64,000 bases of DNA, from NCBI GenBank assembly GCA_964640125.1, contig CAZXGG010000001.1, positions 13,708 through 77,707 of the forward strand, read 5' to 3'. Each line of letters starts with the position of its first letter. Position 1 is the first letter of the stretch. Source of the stretch: an uncultured Rikenellaceae bacterium. GTDB taxonomy: Bacteria; Bacteroidota; Bacteroidia; Bacteroidales; VadinHA17. This document shows positions 1-9,385 of the stretch, in pieces. The position numbers and the translations under genes were made by a program. The notes below the pieces were generated by a model that saw only the letters and a list, made by a program, of their open reading frames with translations, had not been told where the DNA came from and did not search any database.

Positions 1-1
1 C

Positions 2-850
2 CATTCCCAATCCGCAATTCACGGCAATTCCGTATGTAAATCCGCACTTTCTTGCATGCATCAGGGCCTCCTCCAGTGTTAATCCCGCCTTCAAATGTGT
101 GTGCAGGTCGATCAAAGGAAAATTGCCGGCTGCCAGATCAACCAGTTTCTTCTCAAACTCCAGGTCTTCAAGTGCCTCTCCCGGGGTGGGAATATCATCG
201 GGTAACGGTTTTACCTTAACGTTTTTATAATAAACCACACTTCCGGGATCATGACATTGGAAAGCGAATGTTCCGGAAGAGAGGACGCGGCCTTTCATGC
301 CCTCGGGTCTGTATACTTCATCCGGTTCCGTATACTCAGCAATCAGCTCACCATTGATAAACGTCTTGATGGTCTTACCACAAACAATGATGTGGTATTT
401 GAACCATTCGTCATCCGGTACCGGTGATTTCCAGGTATTGCGAATGGCATAAATGCTCCCGGTCATTTTGTGCTCCACATAACTTCCCGGTTCTGCAGGA
501 TTGTTTGAATTGATCACCTGGCATTCATAGCCTTTTTCAGGCCAGCCTTCTTCCTGGAATTCGGTGTGAAAATAGATCCCGGAGTTGGAGCCGGGTGTGG
601 TTTTTACCTCAACCATTAACTCAAAATTCTTAAAATCATGGTTCATAACGTCTCCGTCATAAAAGAGATGTGAACGGGGACCGGAAGTGACCAGGGCACC
701 ATCCTCGACTTTCCAGGATGCGGTGTTTTCTGATGCCTTCCACCCCTCAAGCGTTTCTCCGTCAAACAAAGTGATCCAATCACTCTCCGACTGGCAACCC
801 ATCATGACCAGCGGAAGTAATAAACAGATGAATAAGTGCAAATTTCTCAT
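2..850 (-). CDS. DUF1080 (3-keto-disaccharide hydrolase family) lipoprotein with a C-terminal PHP-like domain; runs off the window start
   Basis: Not in the ORF track. Manual translation from ATG at 850: MRNLHLFICLLLPLVMMGCQSESDWITLFDGETLEGWKA...NSGIYFHT...GYECQV...FAFQCHDPGS.VYYKNVKVK (DUF1080 motifs LFDGxxLxGW, NSGI, QxHD), followed by FPLIDLHTHLK (PHP-like DxHxH). No stop before position 1. Confidence 0.85.
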   Translation of the reverse strand, partial: MRNLHLFICLLLPLVMMGCQSESDWITLFDGETLEGWKASENTASWKVEDGALVTSGPRSHLFYDGDVMNHDFKNFELMVEVKTTPGSNSGIYFHTEFQEEGWPEKGYECQVINSNNPAEPGSYVEHKMTGSIYAIRNTWKSPVPDDEWFKYHIIVCGKTIKTFINGELIAEYTEPDEVYRPEGMKGRVLSSGTFAFQCHDPGSVVYYKNVKVKPLPDDIPTPGEALEDLEFEKKLVDLAAGNFPLIDLHTHLKAGLTLEEALMHARKCGFTYGIAVNCGLGM

Positions 851-1002
851 GGTAAAAATGTATTTCAGGTTAGTAAAGAAAAGAAAGGATTCTCCTTATA
901 AAAGTAGAAATTATTTTTGGGGGAAACCAATCATTAACCGGAACAATACAGACATTGATGAAAAAGAAAAACAAATAGTGAAATATCCATTGACACCGTT
1001 TA

Positions 1003-2109
1003 CTAATGTTTCAGGGAATACCCCTGCTCCAGGATCAACGATCCCACTTCATCATTAACCCGTCTGAGAAAATCGGTATCAAAATGATAGGCATTTACTC
1101 TATGGTAGGAATAAGAGGGAATTTTTTGAATAATTTCTTCCTTTTCTGAAGCTTGTTCAGGAAAAAACCGGTCGAAAATTCTAGTTACTATATGTTCAGG
1201 ATTTTTGATCAGATCGGTATATTGAATTTCAATCAACTGATCTTCCGGTATTAATGTTTTATACTTCTGATAGCGTTCGATCAATGAACGGTAGGTATTC
1301 ATCACGATCTTCCATAAATCAGCATTACTCACCTCCTGCAATTGAAGGGTTATAAGAAACGCTTTACAGAACCGGAAGGTAGAAACCAGTGTTTCATATG
1401 GATCCCTGGATAAATAGATAAACTTTGCATCCGGGAACATGGTTAATAAAATGGGGATCCTGGCTGTATTGGGCGGATTTTTCGAAATGTACCTGGATCC
1501 TCTGGTGTTAATCATTGTCCGCTTGATAAAGCGGAGATAATTTTTGGCAAACTGGCTCTTCTCCTCATCCGTGATGTGTTCAACGAATAAAAACCGCTCT
1601 GCAATTTCATGATAATCCTTCGGGAAGTAAAACCAGTAATAGTAGCTGAAAAAAAATGCATTCCCGAAAGCGATTTCCTCCTCCTGCGGATTACTGCTAT
1701 CCATTTTCACCCCATCAACCGGTCTCATTTTCGGTAAAAAAAATTGCATGATCCATTTGATAATGCCCTTGAATGCAAACAGGTTATTGGGAAATACCGT
1801 ATGAAAAGTAGTCGGGTAAGCAGCATCACTCATGCAGGATAGCAGGTTGTGAATAAAGGTGGTACCACTTCGCCAGTGACCAATGATAAAGATGGGTGGT
1901 TTTTCAATAGTAACCTTTTTTTCCAGTTGCCTGTAACGGATTTCATCAAATGTGGAAATGAACGTCATGATTCCACTTATTGCCTTCGATCGGATAAAAA
2001 TATCCCGAAACTTCCGGTCAATGGTAAACACACGCTCAATCTTCTTTAAGACAGAATAGTTGCATCCCAACAGGGTGTTTACAGGAAATAGGAAATCTGA
2101 TCCGGCCAT
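1003..2109 (-). CDS. Sulfotransferase family protein (Sulfotransfer_3-like)
   Basis: 368 aa; PPIFIIGHWRSGTTF 5'-PSB motif, KNPPNTARI, and FIYLSRDPY...S 3'-PB motif. Confidence 0.88.
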   Translation of the reverse strand: MAGSDFLFPVNTLLGCNYSVLKKIERVFTIDRKFRDIFIRSKAISGIMTFISTFDEIRYRQLEKKVTIEKPPIFIIGHWRSGTTFIHNLLSCMSDAAYPTTFHTVFPNNLFAFKGIIKWIMQFFLPKMRPVDGVKMDSSNPQEEEIAFGNAFFFSYYYWFYFPKDYHEIAERFLFVEHITDEEKSQFAKNYLRFIKRTMINTRGSRYISKNPPNTARIPILLTMFPDAKFIYLSRDPYETLVSTFRFCKAFLITLQLQEVSNADLWKIVMNTYRSLIERYQKYKTLIPEDQLIEIQYTDLIKNPEHIVTRIFDRFFPEQASEKEEIIQKIPSYSYHRVNAYHFDTDFLRRVNDEVGSLILEQGYSLKH

Positions 2110-2342
2110 AACGCTTCTTTATCGAAAATCCTGTAACGGGTTGATTAATACTATAATTAATACTTTATCAGAATCTTGATTTCATATAAAATACAAAAAA
2201 TGCACGGGGAATGCAAGAGAAAAAAAGTTTTTGTTTAACCGCTAAAATATTGAAATTCAATTAATTCTAATGTTAGAATACCAATGAGGAGTAACCTTTC
2301 GTAGAAAAACTGGATAGGATATATCTGTAATGATGGTTTACC

Positions 2343-4757
2343 CTACTCGTATTTCAGTGATTGGGCCGGATTAGTATTGGCAGCTTTTACTGTTTGGGTA
2401 GTGACAGCTATCAAGGCAAACACGATTACCAACAGGCCTGTTATAAAAAAAACGAACCAGTGAACACCGGCTTTGTAGGGATAGTTGTCCATCCATTTTA
2501 TTATAGCCCACCAGGTTAGAGGGGTGGCTATCACAATGCCGATAAGGACCAACTCTAAAAACTCCTTTGACAGCAAGAAAAGTATATTGGTAACGCTTGC
2601 CCCATTTACTTTTCGAATTCCTATTTCTCTTGTCCGCTGAAGAACAGTATACGAAGAGAGCCCGAATAGTCCTATTGCTGCAATGATTATAGCAACCAAT
2701 GAAAACACACCGATTGCAACAAAAATTTGCTTCTCAATCCTGTATTGACGATCATAAAACTGATCCAGGAAAAAGTAATCAAAAGGATTTCCGGAGAAAA
2801 ATTCATTAAATGTACTTCTCAGTAATTCGATTGCCTGATTCATTCTTTCAGGACTTATTTTCATGGCGATGAAGGTGTTGTCTGCCGGTATATAATGGTA
2901 GAGTAAAGGAATGGGTTCCTGTTTCAGTGACATTTGGTGGTAGTTAGCTATTACACCAACAATATGCCTCTCTTCACCGGCAATATAAACCTTCTGACCA
3001 ATTGCGGCCTCCGGTGAATCATATTCCAGAAATTCGACCGTTTTTTGATTGATGATGACTGCCAGATCTTCTGTTCCATAATCCTGTGAAAAATTACGAC
3101 CAGCAAGAAGTTCAATATCAAAAGCTGGAATATAATCTTCGTCCATTCCAATTTTATACATAACCCCCCTGGTTACTTCTTCATTTATTTTTCGTATGCC
3201 ACTTGCCCAAAAGATTTCATCACCAGGAATGTTTGTCGATGCAGTTAAATGGTCGATTCCTGAAATTGAGTTTATTGTCTCTTTAAACGTTCTGAATCTT
3301 TCGGTAAAGGTTGTATCAATACCCATTTCCGGTCCTCTCAGAACCAGTGTCTGTTCAATATTCACTCCGAGATCTTGATTGCGCATGTACCGTAACTGTG
3401 AGTAGACCAGAAATGTTCCAGCAATAAAGGCCACCGAAGCTGTAAACTGGAAAACTACCAGGATCTTTCTTAAAAGATATCCCTTTCCCGAATCACTGAA
3501 TTTTCCTTTCAATACTTCAACCGGTTTGAAAGAAGAGATTATGAATGCCGGATAAAGTCCGGACAGAAGTGCTCCAACAATAAAAAGTAAAGTAAGCCCT
3601 GCCCAGAAAAGGGGTTCGACAAACAGAGCCATTGTCAGGTTTCTTCCGGTAAGCTGGTTAAACGAAGGAAGAACAAGAGCTACGATCAAAACAGAAATTA
3701 CAGCAGCAAAGATATTCATCAGCAAGGCTTCGGCCAGGAATTGACGGATCAACTGTTGTCTATGGGCTCCAACAACTTTGCGTATACCGACTTCCCTGGC
3801 TCTTTCAAGTGCACGACTACTGCTCATATTTATGTAATTGACCCAGGCAATGACAAGTACCGAAAGCGCGATAAGAGACAGAACTGAAACAACTTTCCCA
3901 TCTCCGTTTTCTTCGGGTTCTGATTCCTGCAAAAGGTCTGAATACAGATGTATGTCTTCAATCGGTTGCAGAATGAATTCCTGATAACCATTGTATTCTT
4001 CCCACTCTTCCTTTTTTTCTTCGGCCAGCCATTCTGCAAATTTCTGTTGAAAAGACAATGGATCCGTTCCCTCCGCCAGCAGAACATACGTGTTAAAATC
4101 ATACCATCCCCATGCTATCCGGCTTTGATTGTCGGAAAGTTGATGCAATGTTTCCGCTGAAATAAGCACGGTGAACTTAATGTGGGAATTTTCCGGAACA
4201 TCTTTTATTACACCCCTGACCTCACATGAATGTTCTCCCCAGAAAACAATCTCTTTGCCAATCGGATCCTGGTTGCCGAAATATTTTTTTGCCGTGGATT
4301 CAGTTACAACCGCTGTGAAGGGTTTCGATAATGCAGAGGTATCCCCTAACAGCAATTCCCAATCAAACATCTTCAAGAAAGAAGGGGTGACAATTTGTAT
4401 TTTCCTCTCCCGGAAAGAAAGATTATCATCGGTCGAAACAATACCCTCCAACGGAAATGCCCAGGAATATTCAAGAACCTCGGGAAAATTGTCTTTCATT
4501 GCCGGCCCAACTGCAGGAACTGCAGCAGCACAGGAAAACATAAGGTTACCATTCCGGTAAGCATCATACCTGATCCGATAAATGTTTTCGCTTTGTGCAT
4601 GGAATTCATCATAGCTATGCTCATAAAAAACATACTGCAAAAGCAACAGGCAGGCAGCTATGCCTACCGAAAGGCCAAGAAGGTTTAAAACAGAAAAGAC
4701 CTTGCTCTTATAAATATTTCGAAATGCTGAAACGAGGTAGTTTATGAATATCTGCAT
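2343..4757 (-). CDS. MacB/FtsX-family ABC transporter permease (duplicated, Bacteroidota type)
   Basis: 804 aa; two MacB_PCD/FtsX halves, with RAREVGIRKVVGA and RTREIGIRKVNGA motifs and C-terminal ANTNPAQSLKYE. Confidence 0.93.
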   Translation of the reverse strand: MQIFINYLVSAFRNIYKSKVFSVLNLLGLSVGIAACLLLLQYVFYEHSYDEFHAQSENIYRIRYDAYRNGNLMFSCAAAVPAVGPAMKDNFPEVLEYSWAFPLEGIVSTDDNLSFRERKIQIVTPSFLKMFDWELLLGDTSALSKPFTAVVTESTAKKYFGNQDPIGKEIVFWGEHSCEVRGVIKDVPENSHIKFTVLISAETLHQLSDNQSRIAWGWYDFNTYVLLAEGTDPLSFQQKFAEWLAEEKKEEWEEYNGYQEFILQPIEDIHLYSDLLQESEPEENGDGKVVSVLSLIALSVLVIAWVNYINMSSSRALERAREVGIRKVVGAHRQQLIRQFLAEALLMNIFAAVISVLIVALVLPSFNQLTGRNLTMALFVEPLFWAGLTLLFIVGALLSGLYPAFIISSFKPVEVLKGKFSDSGKGYLLRKILVVFQFTASVAFIAGTFLVYSQLRYMRNQDLGVNIEQTLVLRGPEMGIDTTFTERFRTFKETINSISGIDHLTASTNIPGDEIFWASGIRKINEEVTRGVMYKIGMDEDYIPAFDIELLAGRNFSQDYGTEDLAVIINQKTVEFLEYDSPEAAIGQKVYIAGEERHIVGVIANYHQMSLKQEPIPLLYHYIPADNTFIAMKISPERMNQAIELLRSTFNEFFSGNPFDYFFLDQFYDRQYRIEKQIFVAIGVFSLVAIIIAAIGLFGLSSYTVLQRTREIGIRKVNGASVTNILFLLSKEFLELVLIGIVIATPLTWWAIIKWMDNYPYKAGVHWFVFFITGLLVIVFALIAVTTQTVKAANTNPAQSLKYE

Positions 4758-4973
4758 CAGTCAATAAATTGATTTGATTTGATTTCATTTCAGGTATATC
4801 CGCTGGATGCCTATCCAGAACTAATGGATCGACAAGTCAGAAAGTGATTGATTTTTTCACCGCTGTTAATCAATACGAAGTTCTTCTTTGTCAAAGACTA
4901 TTTACTTGGACCTAAGATTATATAAATGTAAGAGAAATTATTCAAATTTGAACTGTTCCGGCATTTGATTCTT

Positions 4974-5348
4974 CTATAATGGGATCGGTACTCTCTCATC
5001 ACTAACCTTAACGTAAGTAAAATTTCCCTCGGTGACTTTGATCTGTTTTTCAATTTCGTATCGTCGGTTTACCCATGCTTCAATATGGACGGTAAGGGAT
5101 GTTCTCCCTTGTTTAATCACATCAACATAACAGGATAAAATATCTCCATTGAAAACCGGCAATTTAAAGGTTATTGAATTGATGGCAACCGTAACGATTC
5201 GTCCTTTAGCAATCTTCTGAGCAAAGATACCTCCGGCAATGTCCATTTGTGAAACCAGCCATCCTCCGAAAATATCACCTGCCGGATTGGTATCTTTCGG
5301 CATGGCCAGGACCTGTATGGTCAGTTCTCCTTTGGGTTTTTCTTTCAT
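4974..5348 (-). CDS. yciA: Acyl-CoA thioesterase (hotdog fold, YciA-like)
   Basis: AMPKDTNPAGDIFGGWLVSQMDIAG motif typical of YciA; GRTSLTVHIEAW. Confidence 0.88.
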   Translation of the reverse strand: MKEKPKGELTIQVLAMPKDTNPAGDIFGGWLVSQMDIAGGIFAQKIAKGRIVTVAINSITFKLPVFNGDILSCYVDVIKQGRTSLTVHIEAWVNRRYEIEKQIKVTEGNFTYVKVSDERVPIPL

Positions 5349-5395
5349 ACTATTATGGTTTTAACTGCAACCGACACAATTATCAGAGCAGGAGA

Positions 5396-6727
5396 TTACT
5401 TTATTATGTAAAGTTTTCCGGGATACCCGTCAACCAGTCCGGCTTTTTCTCCATCAAAGATCATGTTGTCTTCCAATCCCATGCGAATGATTTTCCCTTC
5501 CCATTCAGGGATTGCACCCACGACATTAAATTCAATCGCATAAGTTGTATTCGGATAGAGAAGGTGTTCCCCTGTGCCCGGGAGCCATTCCTGGTTGTCC
5601 GTTCTTCCGATGGTCATTCCCGAGCCATGGCCAAAATAGTTAACCGGATGGCTGTACATCGTGGGATTCAACCCCTCTGCTTTTCCCCTTTCAAGAACAT
5701 TCTTCAAAATTTCATTCCCTGATCTGCCGCCCACCATTTCCTCAAGAATAATTTCCTGAAATCGAATTCCTTTTTTATAAAGATCTTTCAGCCCCTGAGG
5801 AGCATCATCCTCATCTAATTTACAAACGTATGCCAGGTGCTGCATATCTGTTGTTAATCCCATATAGCTGATTCCAACATCGCAATGAAGCAGGTCTCCT
5901 CTGTGGATAACAGGATCTATGTTATACTTTTCTCTGTTTTCGGGTGAGCGGATGATATCCAGCGATGGGAAAAACCAGTAATCCAGTTTCATCTCTTTGA
6001 TCCGCTCACAGATCCACCATCGAACTTCATCGCTGGTTGTAACATCAGGGATTATGATGTTGTTTGAATAAAACTCTTTTATCAATTCATGCGCAATCTG
6101 GCAGCAGTTTTTGAAAAAGCTAACTTCCCACGGGGTTCTAGTTTCAAACCATCCAATAACTACATTTTTTGCAGATACAAGATGCTCCTGGTATTTTTTA
6201 TCCAGTGCATTGTAGAGTTGCTCATAGTGGAAATGGGATAAACCATTGGCATGACTGAAATCATCAATAGCGCTATTATCATAATTGATCCCGATTTTTT
6301 TTGGATCAGTTTTCCTGATATATTCAGCGACAGCTTCAAATTGTCCTTCTGCACCATTAGACCGGTCTTCGAATATTCCTTCATACATATATCCGGATGC
6401 ATAAGGACCATGCCAGGTGGCTGATAGTTTTTTGAAACCATCTTTGCTATCATGAAAAATCAGGATCGATAATCTTCGTGCTCCGTCACCAGGCCAGGTT
6501 GTTAATGTTCTATATACGGGATCTTCGCTGTATTCAAAACAGATCACGATCCACATGTCTATTCCTTCCCGGCGCATGATATCCGGTAATACATGATTCA
6601 GTTTCCATTCCAGGTTTTTGTTATACAATTCTGCCTGTTTTTCGAGAGTCAGAATGGGCGGGTAGTTCTGTGGCCGAACTGGCAGAATAAGCACGAACGA
6701 AAGCAATAAAATGATCAGTGTTTTCAT
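5396..6727 (-). CDS. M24 family (Xaa-Pro aminopeptidase-like) metallopeptidase with signal peptide
   Basis: Signal peptide; GDLLHCDVG...TDMQH, SHPVNYFGHG, IEF and LEDN metal-ligand pattern. Confidence 0.85.
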   Translation of the reverse strand: MKTLIILLLSFVLILPVRPQNYPPILTLEKQAELYNKNLEWKLNHVLPDIMRREGIDMWIVICFEYSEDPVYRTLTTWPGDGARRLSILIFHDSKDGFKKLSATWHGPYASGYMYEGIFEDRSNGAEGQFEAVAEYIRKTDPKKIGINYDNSAIDDFSHANGLSHFHYEQLYNALDKKYQEHLVSAKNVVIGWFETRTPWEVSFFKNCCQIAHELIKEFYSNNIIIPDVTTSDEVRWWICERIKEMKLDYWFFPSLDIIRSPENREKYNIDPVIHRGDLLHCDVGISYMGLTTDMQHLAYVCKLDEDDAPQGLKDLYKKGIRFQEIILEEMVGGRSGNEILKNVLERGKAEGLNPTMYSHPVNYFGHGSGMTIGRTDNQEWLPGTGEHLLYPNTTYAIEFNVVGAIPEWEGKIIRMGLEDNMIFDGEKAGLVDGYPGKLYIIK

Positions 6728-6742
6728 AGACTATTCGAATTA

Positions 6743-6925
6743 TTAAGGTTCCTGTTTCTTCTGTTTTCTAAACGAGGAAGGTATGAGTGTAAAATTGGTA
6801 ATCCCGAATTTTCTGGCTAGCATTTCAATCCCTAAAAGGGATACAGCACCTCCAGGCAGTATGGACACCGATGCAAAAACAGAGATTCTTCCAACATCCT
6901 TAAGTTGTTCTAATGCCTCTTTCAC
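6743..6925 (-). CDS. Small membrane protein or C-terminal relic resembling the LETM1-like motif
   Basis: GTG start overlaps the upstream TGA (GTGA). KEALEQLKDVGR...SILPGGAVSL resembles the QLKD...LPGG motif of bacterial LETM1-like proteins (from memory). Confidence 0.4.
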   Translation of the reverse strand: MKEALEQLKDVGRISVFASVSILPGGAVSLLGIEMLARKFGITNFTLIPSSFRKQKKQEP

Positions 6926-8073
6926 TTTTTCGGGAAATAATCCAATGGCAATGCTTCAGCAATTTTTTCCCTCGCCCAGTATCCGAACACCATAACCGAT
7001 CCGGGATCATACAGATATCCATCTGTATGGAAAACAGTTCTGGTGGACAGGGGTTTGATCCAGGATTCCTGATAAGGCTGAAGCTTATCAATGGTTCTCT
7101 GATATCCCATACCCCTCAGGTTATCCGATTCATACACATACCGGATATGCATATAAACGGAGCTGAAGAACACCATTCTCTCATATTCCAGGAACGTACT
7201 GCTTCTGACAAGATCTTTCTCATCGGATAATTCCGGTTCCGGTTTGTTTTTTTCCTGTCTCTGATTGGCAAATGGGATCATTGAATTTGTCCTTATTACC
7301 CTGAAGCCATCCTGATCAAGAGAATGATGAGCCAGAGAAGTCAGGAAATGTCGAAACGAACCATAATAGGCCTCTCTTCTATACTGCTCCCATCTCTGCC
7401 TCTCTTTCTCATCCCGGGGAGTCAGTGGTTCAAACTTTTCTTTTCCAAGATAAATATTTGATCCATCCGGTCTAAGCTCAAACCGTTCCAGAATATAGTG
7501 GATACGGTATCCCAGTGCCCTGTTTTCAATAACCAGCATGTCGTTCGTTTCGGCAAGCAAAACCTTTGACTCTTTGTCATAATGAAACCGTAAAACTTCC
7601 GGATTCAAAATTTCACATGCTGATACATTGGGAGTCGTCCCCAGGAAGCAATTCTTAAACTTCCTGTAGTTTGATCTCCAGGTACTTTTGCTCTTTTTTT
7701 CCACCACCTCCACCATATCCAGTTCTACAATCGAGGGAATCATCTGAACATCCTGCTCAATCCTTTCTCCATTGATGATCAATTTTCTTTCAAAGGTTTC
7801 ATAACCCACAAAGGATACGACCAGTACATGCTGGCCATAGGGAACATGGTCCAGCCGGTACATGCCATTCTCATCCGAGATGCAGCCCAGGGTTGAATTG
7901 GCAATAAATACCGTTGCATAAGGTAATGGGGCTCCCTCGTTATCTGTTATATTCCCTGTAATTACAGCGTTTCTCTGATCCTGAACCCATGAAGCGGTAT
8001 GGTTATTAACAGCACTTCCCGGATAATCCTGAAAAGGAATACACCCTAAAATAAAAAGTAATGCTGCATGCAT
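6922..8073 (-). CDS. Carboxypeptidase-regulatory-like domain (CarbopepD_reg_2) protein
   Basis: ITGNITDNEGAPLPYATVFI...SDENGMY.L...LVVSFVGYE N-terminal domain; C-terminal part resembles Bacteroidota hypotheticals. Confidence 0.82.
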   Translation of the reverse strand: MHAALLFILGCIPFQDYPGSAVNNHTASWVQDQRNAVITGNITDNEGAPLPYATVFIANSTLGCISDENGMYRLDHVPYGQHVLVVSFVGYETFERKLIINGERIEQDVQMIPSIVELDMVEVVEKKSKSTWRSNYRKFKNCFLGTTPNVSACEILNPEVLRFHYDKESKVLLAETNDMLVIENRALGYRIHYILERFELRPDGSNIYLGKEKFEPLTPRDEKERQRWEQYRREAYYGSFRHFLTSLAHHSLDQDGFRVIRTNSMIPFANQRQEKNKPEPELSDEKDLVRSSTFLEYERMVFFSSVYMHIRYVYESDNLRGMGYQRTIDKLQPYQESWIKPLSTRTVFHTDGYLYDPGSVMVFGYWAREKIAEALPLDYFPKK

Positions 8074-8238
8074 TATTATTCCCCTGGATAAGGATCTTCG
8101 TGTTTATATTGTTCACGAAGATCCTGTTGGTTATGGTGATCCATATCAACTGATTCCCCGAATTTACAAGAAAATTGTTTATCTCCTCTATCCATAGTAG
8201 ATTTGATTTCAAAATGAATCGATCAGGAACGAAGGAAA

Positions 8239-8961
8239 ATGGAGTATTCGCTTGAATGGAAACCGGAATTTTTTGAAGCGATTGTATTACTAACAACGGT
8301 AAGTATTTGCCTTGTTGGTTACGGGTTGACCATACGCTCCTCGTATTTACACAAACTATTTAATCGAAAATTTGGAGACGAGAGGGGAACAATCCGGTGG
8401 ATTTTCTTCTGGCGTTATGCCGGGTTTTTTTACTTCTTACTGATTCCTGTGGTAGTAATGTATACATTGTTATCACAGGATATTACCCGGTATGGTGTCG
8501 GTATTGTTAACCTTCCGGAATCCCTTATTTGGATTTTGGCACTGGGTGTGCTTATTGTCTTGTTTCAGGCAATATTCGCACGTAACCCGGTTAACCTGGA
8601 TCACTATCCTCAGATTCGTGTTCCGGTTTGGACCGTTTCACTGATCGTCAAAAACTCTCTTGGCTGGTTTCTGTACCTGGTTTCATACGAGTTCATGTTT
8701 CGGGGCTTTTTGTTGTTCGGATTAGTAGCTGTTTTTGGAGCATGGCCGGCGATCCTGGTAAATACCGTTATTTACTCCCTGGCACATCTTCCCAAGGGAG
8801 CCCGGGAAACCATCCTGGCTATTCCATTCGGAATTTTAATCTGCTACCTCACACTGAGAACAGGAACCATCTGGGTTGCTGTTTTCCTCCACTACATTCT
8901 GGCTGTTTCCAATGACATTTTTTCAATCATTGCCCATCCGGATATGAAATTCAAGAGCTGA
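8239..8961 (+). CDS. CPBP family (Abi/CAAX protease-like) intramembrane metalloprotease
   Basis: Multi-TM; YEFMFRGFL (variant of EExxxR), YSLAH and HYILAVSN motifs. Confidence 0.85.
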   Translation: MEYSLEWKPEFFEAIVLLTTVSICLVGYGLTIRSSYLHKLFNRKFGDERGTIRWIFFWRYAGFFYFLLIPVVVMYTLLSQDITRYGVGIVNLPESLIWILALGVLIVLFQAIFARNPVNLDHYPQIRVPVWTVSLIVKNSLGWFLYLVSYEFMFRGFLLFGLVAVFGAWPAILVNTVIYSLAHLPKGARETILAIPFGILICYLTLRTGTIWVAVFLHYILAVSNDIFSIIAHPDMKFKS

Positions 8962-9001
8962 TTCCCGTTTCCCGGAATTTGTTTATTTTTGTTCTGGTTT
9001 C

Positions 9002-9076
9002 GGGGCATTAGCTCAGTTGGTTTAGAGCACTTGCTTGACAGGCAAGGGGTCACTGGTTCGAATCCAGTATGTCCCA
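9002..9076 (+). tRNA. tRNA-Val (anticodon GAC); CCA not encoded
   Basis: Acceptor stem GGGGCAT/ATGTCCC; D-arm GCTC..GAGC; anticodon arm CTTGC-TTGACAG-GCAAG; T-arm ACTGG-TTCGAAT-CCAGT; discriminator A at 9076. Confidence 0.97.
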
Positions 9077-9229
9077 CAAACAGAAAAGACTGCCAAAGGT
9101 GGTCTTTTTTGTTTGTAAGTATATTCTTGAGAGAACTTGTCGTTCGAACCGAGGAGACTGCATTGCAGGCGACGAGCTCATGAACGATCCGCTTTAGCGG
9201 AGAGTGAATAATCCAGTATGTCCCACAAA
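9061..9229 (+). repeat. 20-bp direct repeat of the tRNA-Val 3' end (att-like) bracketing a 129-bp insert
   Basis: AATCCAGTATGTCCCACAAA occurs identically at 9061-9080 and 9210-9229. Confidence 0.9.
9076..9116 (+). terminator. Intrinsic terminator after tRNA-Val
   Basis: ACAAACAGAAAAGACTGCC-AAA-GGTGGTCTTTTTTGTTTGT long hairpin with U-tract. Confidence 0.8.
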
Positions 9230-9230
9230 A

Positions 9231-9385
9231 TAAAGAGGCTGTCTCAAAAGTCATATTTTTGGTCATCCTGAACTCCGGCCGGCAGGCAGGTGATTCAGGA
9301 TCTCGTGTGTCTGGTTATTAATATATTGAGATTCTGAAAAAATTTCAGAATGACGATCTTTGGGACTTTTGAGACGGCCCCTTTA
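9231..9385. mobile_element. MITE-like element with 22-bp terminal inverted repeats and an internal REP-like palindrome doublet
   Basis: Left TAAAGAGGCTGTCTCAAAAGTC (9231-9252) and right GACTTTTGAGACGGCCCCTTTA (9364-9385) are 20/22 complementary. Internal palindromes: GTCATCCTGAA...TTCAGGATCTC (9262-9304) and GAGATTCTGAAA..TTTCAGAATGAC (9328-9354). No ORF. Confidence 0.72.

Noticed and set aside
687-1058. 123-aa plus-strand ORF
   Set aside because: It is antisense to the DUF1080 gene start and the sulfotransferase end, crosses an AT-rich intergenic region and has no recognisable motifs.
2144-2164. ATTAATACT direct repeat upstream of the sulfotransferase
   Set aside because: Short and AT-only in an AT-rich spacer; likely to occur by chance.
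2343-4757. MacB-type permease with no adjacent ATPase or adaptor
   Set aside because: Orphan permeases of this family are very common in Bacteroidota.
8892-9266. ORFs of 124 aa (-) and 64 aa (+) across the tRNA
   Set aside because: Shadow frames over tRNA-Val and its repeats.
9061-9385. Possible CRISPR array
   Set aside because: Only two copies of a tRNA-derived 20-mer plus inverted repeats; no regular repeat-spacer periodicity and no cas genes.
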